DNA of 64,000 nucleotides, the filler included, from Jimgerdemannia flammicorona (lineage: Eukaryota), in the NCBI GenBank assembly GCA_003990765.1. It is 3 parts of 3 records of this genome, joined end to end, with 100 filler letters (N's around TTAATTAATTAA, not from the genome) between each part and the next. Parts side by side here need not be neighbours in the genome. Positions count along the whole stretch, not along the records: positions 43,019 to 64,000 come from RBNJ01001551.1; 2 more parts are not named here. The stretch is one strand, 5' to 3'. Position 1 is the first letter of the stretch. Every line of letters starts with the position of its first letter. Made by a program: the position numbers and the translations under genes. A model generated the notes under the pieces. The model searched no databases. It had not been told where the DNA came from and saw only the letters and a program-made list of their open reading frames with translations. This document shows, piece by piece, positions 59,188 through 64,000 of the stretch.

Positions 59188-62100
59188 TGTGATAAACCAA
59201 AACATATATACTATCTGAAATATAACTTAGCCAGATGATGTGAACACGTAGCATATTAACCAGCAACCATTGCTGTGGAAAGATGTATAAATAGTCAGAC
59301 TATCAGATAAGGTATACTTGTGCAAGACCTGTACACCTGTACAAGACCTGCACACCTGTGCAAGATCTGTACACTCATGCAAGACCTCTATACTTGCCAT
59401 AGATAGTAATCTATAATTAGCAATATAGTAATCAGATAGTAACCACAACTATATAAATTACCCCAGAGACAAGAGTAAATAAACCTCAGTCTGAATTGAA
59501 GTGTAAATCAAAGAAGTCTCTAAAGATTGAGCATTGGTCTCCTTATTCCCACTCTGGTCTACTTTCTGATATAAAGCTTGAAGATTTTGCCACTAAGTTC
59601 AAGTGAAGAACTTCACCACCTTTGAAATTATTGGTATGCTTGCCAGACTAAGTCTGAAGAACCTGCCACTTAAGGAATAAGCCATGCTATTGGTATGCTT
59701 GTCAGATAAGCCTGAAGTTTGCCACTAAGTTCAAGGAAGAACTTCACTGCCTTTTGAGTTATTTGCCACATTCCCAGAGAGCCCACTTTTCTTACCACAA
59801 GCCAGTCTCATGATGCAACTTCACAGTGATCTGTTTGCATAAATGACATCAGTCTAGATGTAACTTGTCAAGAACCTAAGTTAATTCCCAGTTGAAGCTA
59901 CCAGTTCAAGAAGAACCTGCAACATCTGAGTTATCTGAGTTATTTGTATCATCCATCATTCTCAAGTTATCTGCATTCCTAGTTGAAGCTGCTGATTCAA
60001 GAAGAGTCTGCACCACCCAAGTTATATGACATCTAAGTTACTTATTGTTCCAAGTGAGCCAGGTATAGAGAATCTGTCATCAGTATTATTCTCAGTTATT
60101 CAAATTATCTGCACCATCTGAGTTATTATTTCCAGAAGCCTGCTGATTTAAGAGAATCCATATCAAATTAAGTTATCCAGCCAAATTACATAAGGAATCC
60201 ACTTATGCTACACAAGATCATCATATAGAAATCACATAAGAAAAACTGCTAAATCACCAGATTGTTCTGTATAAGGAACCCAGTCATGCTACATAAGATT
60301 GTTATGCAGAAATTACATACTTTTGGAGATCACAATATATATGAAATTTTACCAATTCCCAGTTGATCCAAGAAGAAAACCCATTCACAAATCACTGCTA
60401 TATCCAGAGAACTATCCTAATTAGAAAATCAACACACAAATTACTTGCAAATATTCAGCCTTTGACTATTATATCACTAAACACCAAGGACCTCAGAAAT
60501 CTTAGAACATTTTTATTGCTTTTTAACAAAGTAACTAGGGGCTTAAATCAAACTACATCAACCCCCAACCTTATAATTTGTCTCCATTGAGCCAGGCACA
60601 TTATATTTGGGGGCTCAACTGGGAAGATTTCAAAATCAATATGACTTTTCAGCTCACAAGAACCCACTGTCAAACTGGATATATTTGATACAACACTAAC
60701 CTCTGCTACTAATGGAGAACCAGTTATTACCAGTATCTGGACAGGAAGAGAAGTAATTACCTCAAAACTTACCAATTACTCAGCATTAGAAGAATCTCAA
60801 CCAGAAGGCAGTACAGCCTGAAATCCCCAACCAGATCAACCAGACAACACAGATGGCCCTGCTGGAGATTTTGAAGAACTTATACAAGAACTAAAAGATC
60901 TTATTACATAAGCCTGAGATCTTTCAGCCAGACATCCCATACCAGTTCTATCAATCTTACCAATAGAACCTTTACCACAATCTCTTGCAGAGTTGAAAGT
61001 AGCTCCTACTAGAATACCTAGGTTCATTCCACTATGTTCAAGGTCTAGAATACCATCTTCAAGATATCCAAGCACTGCCATCTCTAGTGACAGCTCAGAA
61101 AGTGAATCAGAATCAGAATCTGAACCAGAACCAGAATCAGACAAAATGGCCACCTCATTGTCAACCTTTGCAGGATACCCAGAGAAAGACCCCAGAGAAT
61201 TTCTTGATAGAATTGAAGAAATTGCAGCCCTGAGGAATCTCTCAGATGAAAGAAAAATTGTCATCTACAAGGCCCAGCTCAGAGAACCAGCTAGAGGAAT
61301 TTTCCACTAAACAGCAGATAATCCAGATTCAGAACTAGTAAGGCAGATATAAGCAGCAATGTCTTATGAGCTAGAATACATGGCCATGGTCCACTGGCTT
61401 ATTGAAAAGTATGCAGGAAATGAAATCCACTACAAAGCTCAAGAATCCATCATAGAGATGAAGATGAATCTTAGAGAATCACCCAGAGCCTTCTTCATAA
61501 GAATCTAGAAGTGAATACATGCTGCCAGGTTCAATGCTACCAACCAGAACATTATAGGTCCAATAATCTTCATAAATGGAATTCCCCTGAACATTGCTCA
61601 GCATGTCGGCACTCTAGGCATCAGAAGGTCTGAAGAGCAAGTAGATACAGCCCAAGGATTCTTTAATGTCAGACAAGGAACTACCTGGAGTGACCACAAT
61701 AAGAAAGAAGATAAAGAAGACATCCTGGTCAAAGCCCTACAAGGACTCCTTCAAGGATAAGAAAGATCCAAAGAAAGAAGGCCAGCCAAGGAAGAAAAGA
61801 AGGACAGAAGTGAAATCTAAGACCTTAGCTCCAAGTTGGACTGATTGGTTGGATAGATTGAAAAACTCACTATATGCAAAAATCAGAGCTACCAAGACAA
61901 CAGATGATACCCACCACAGAGGAGCCAAGGTTATCCACTAAGAGATAATAGAAATTACTAGTAAGAAGAAAGAAGATACCCTGTCCAAGACAAAACCCAA
62001 GTCCAATACTTCTACTGTGGATAATTCAGACACTATGCCACTGAATGTGACAACAGAAGAAGTGACCAAAGGGACTCAGAACTACCAAACTGAAGGAATG

Positions 62101-63232
62101 CCACTCAGTATAAGAAGACTGAAGCCCATCCTATGGAAGATTTTGAGGAAGCAAGTAACAGTGAAGACTATAGTGACCTAGACTTGTATACCAAGATTAC
62201 TACTCAAAAAACAGTTTACCCAGCAGAGAAGAGGAAGAGATCTGTAGGATGGCCATCTAGGAACATCAGCAGAAGAATTATCCAAGAAGAGAATGAAGAA
62301 CATGAAGAAGAGTAGGTAGAAACATCTCCCTGAACTCCCTCATCTTTTGACAAATAAGTTGCTACCAGAAGATAAAGAAATGAAATAAGAAGAACAGAAA
62401 CCTGCTGCTCCAAAACCCAAGAAGAAGTACACTCTGAAGACCATGCCTAGAGATATCTACAATGAAACCTGGCAGAAGATTCAAGAAGCCAAGATGGAAG
62501 TCTCTCTCCTGCAGTTCCTGCAACTGACATCAGCTGGAGTTTGAAACAAATTATTGAGAACAACCAGATCTAGCACTGGCCAGGTCCCAATTCCACAGCA
62601 AGAACCAGCTCCCATCTCTATCTAAGCAGCTGAAAGATATGTCAGCACTTACCTATATAGAGATATTGGAGGACAAAAGGTGAAGATCCTCATAGATACA
62701 GAAGCAGCTATCTGTATTATTGCCAAATGGTTCCTGGTTACCCTCCAATGGCCCATCAATGGACCATTCAACCTCAGCATCATAGTAGCAGATAGAGCCT
62801 GAACCCAACTCCTTGGAGAAGTACAAAACATCACCATCTCTCTTAGACACATTCAGTTCTTCATTCCCAAAGCTGTTGTCATAGAAGCTATCACCTACAA
62901 CATGATTCTTGGTACCAACTGGATGAAGGAAATGAATGCAGTTGTTGATATTGGTCAACAAGTACTCAAGTTTAACTACTGAGGCAAGAAGTACAGAGTT
63001 AAGATGACCAGCTATGAGCAATAAAAGAAGAAGTTCACTATTTAAGAAGAATATATCAGTAGTGAAGAGTTTACCACTGAGGAGGAAGAAGAATCTGAAG
63101 ATAGAAATGATCTCAGACTCAATTCCTGAATTAATTTGATAGATAACAGACCAGAAGACAATATATGGGCCAAGAACACCATCCTGATCACTATTGGAGT
63201 TATTGTAGGAGAAATCAAAGGATACCATCTTT
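59188..63232 (+). mobile_element. Gypsy family A 5' part: LTR 59188-60605, PBS 60608-60625, gag and protease
   Basis: ATAT then TGTGATAAACC as at 3101; PBS TTTGGGGGCTCAACTGGGA; gag colinear with 27640-29288; protease KILIDT(E)AA...MILGTNW near 62680-62920. Confidence 0.9.
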
Positions 63233-63963
63233 GACCAAGTAGATTGCAGACAGCAAGGATTGGTGAGGAGTAGGACTGGACAGGTGTCTGATCATAGAGT
63301 GCTAAGGTGTAGAAGTGGCTTCCTTTCAAGTTCTGAGTAGTATGGTAGTAGATGCTATAGAGGAACATCATATTAAATTTCTGTGCAGGATATTTGGTGA
63401 AAGGTGACCAATTAGATTATGAGGAGTGTTATAATGTGGGGTAGGTTGGGGGATTTGTACAGATGCTGGAACATTGGCTGGGAGAGTGTGAGGTACTGGG
63501 GGACTTTTGGATAGAAGTAGAAAATTGGCTGGATGTAGAGCAGAGGCCAGATGGCAAGCAAGGCCACTGGGAGGATTTGAAATCTTGGCTAGTGGATGGT
63601 GTGTACAATAGTTGGCTCACTGTAAGGTGGGTTTTAGCAGTATGGAGGAGATTGGCTGGCCATTGGCTCTTTGTCTTTGAAGAGGGACAATAGTTGAGTT
63701 TACAGTAGAAGTTGTTGAGATGGGAGGGGTTGATGGAGGATCTGCTGACTGGGTGGTGGGTGGGTTGGGGTCCACATCATGGTCTAGTGGAAGGAATCTG
63801 TAAACAGAGTAGTGGGCAGGAGGTGATAGTGTTAGACAAAGTGGTCTTTCATTGTGTAGGAGTAGAGAGGAGGGGCCCCCCTAGGGGGATTGGGTAAGAG
63901 GTGGGCTCAGTGTATTTGTATGGGATAGATTGGTGTATTAATAAAGGAAGAAGTCCAAGAGAC

Positions 63964-64000
<37 letters not shown>
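63233..64000 (+). mobile_element. 5'-truncated LINE 3' end with poly(A)
   Basis: Matches 42150-42918 (EHWLGECEVLGDFW); AATAAA, AGTCCAAGAGACT and a long A tail. Confidence 0.92.

Overview
Eukaryotic, fungal-type genomic DNA with spliceosomal GT-AG introns. A Mucoromycota or other early-diverging lineage is my inference, not demonstrated. Two 100-bp N gaps each contain the artificial linker TTAATTAATTAA, so the window is three joined pieces (1-21410, 21511-42918, 43019-64000). About two thirds is nested, CpG-depleted, C>T/G>A-mutated transposon debris: several L1/Tx1-type LINEs (one full-length copy nested in another, with a hAT-type MITE inside the outer copy), two Ty3/gypsy families, a Ty1/copia remnant and a pogo-like transposase. 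Host genes are a 3-exon orphan 7-TM (GPCR-like) gene, the first exon of eIF3b, ESF2 and a POP3/RPP38-like gene, plus TPR and ankyrin pseudogenes. Three observations stand out. (1) An 11-kb cluster of an intronless orphan gene family (3 intact and at least 3 decayed copies) whose products start with an N-myristoylation plus polybasic motif, interleaved with inverted blocks of a ~21-bp repeat. (2) A gypsy family with an extra ORF downstream of integrase joined by an overlapping ATGA stop/start, a tRNA-Pro-like PBS and apparent ATAT target preference. (3) RIP-like hypermutation confined to coding transposons, sparing the local gene duplications and the MITE. Boundaries of degenerate elements are approximate (tens of bp), and no database searches were run.
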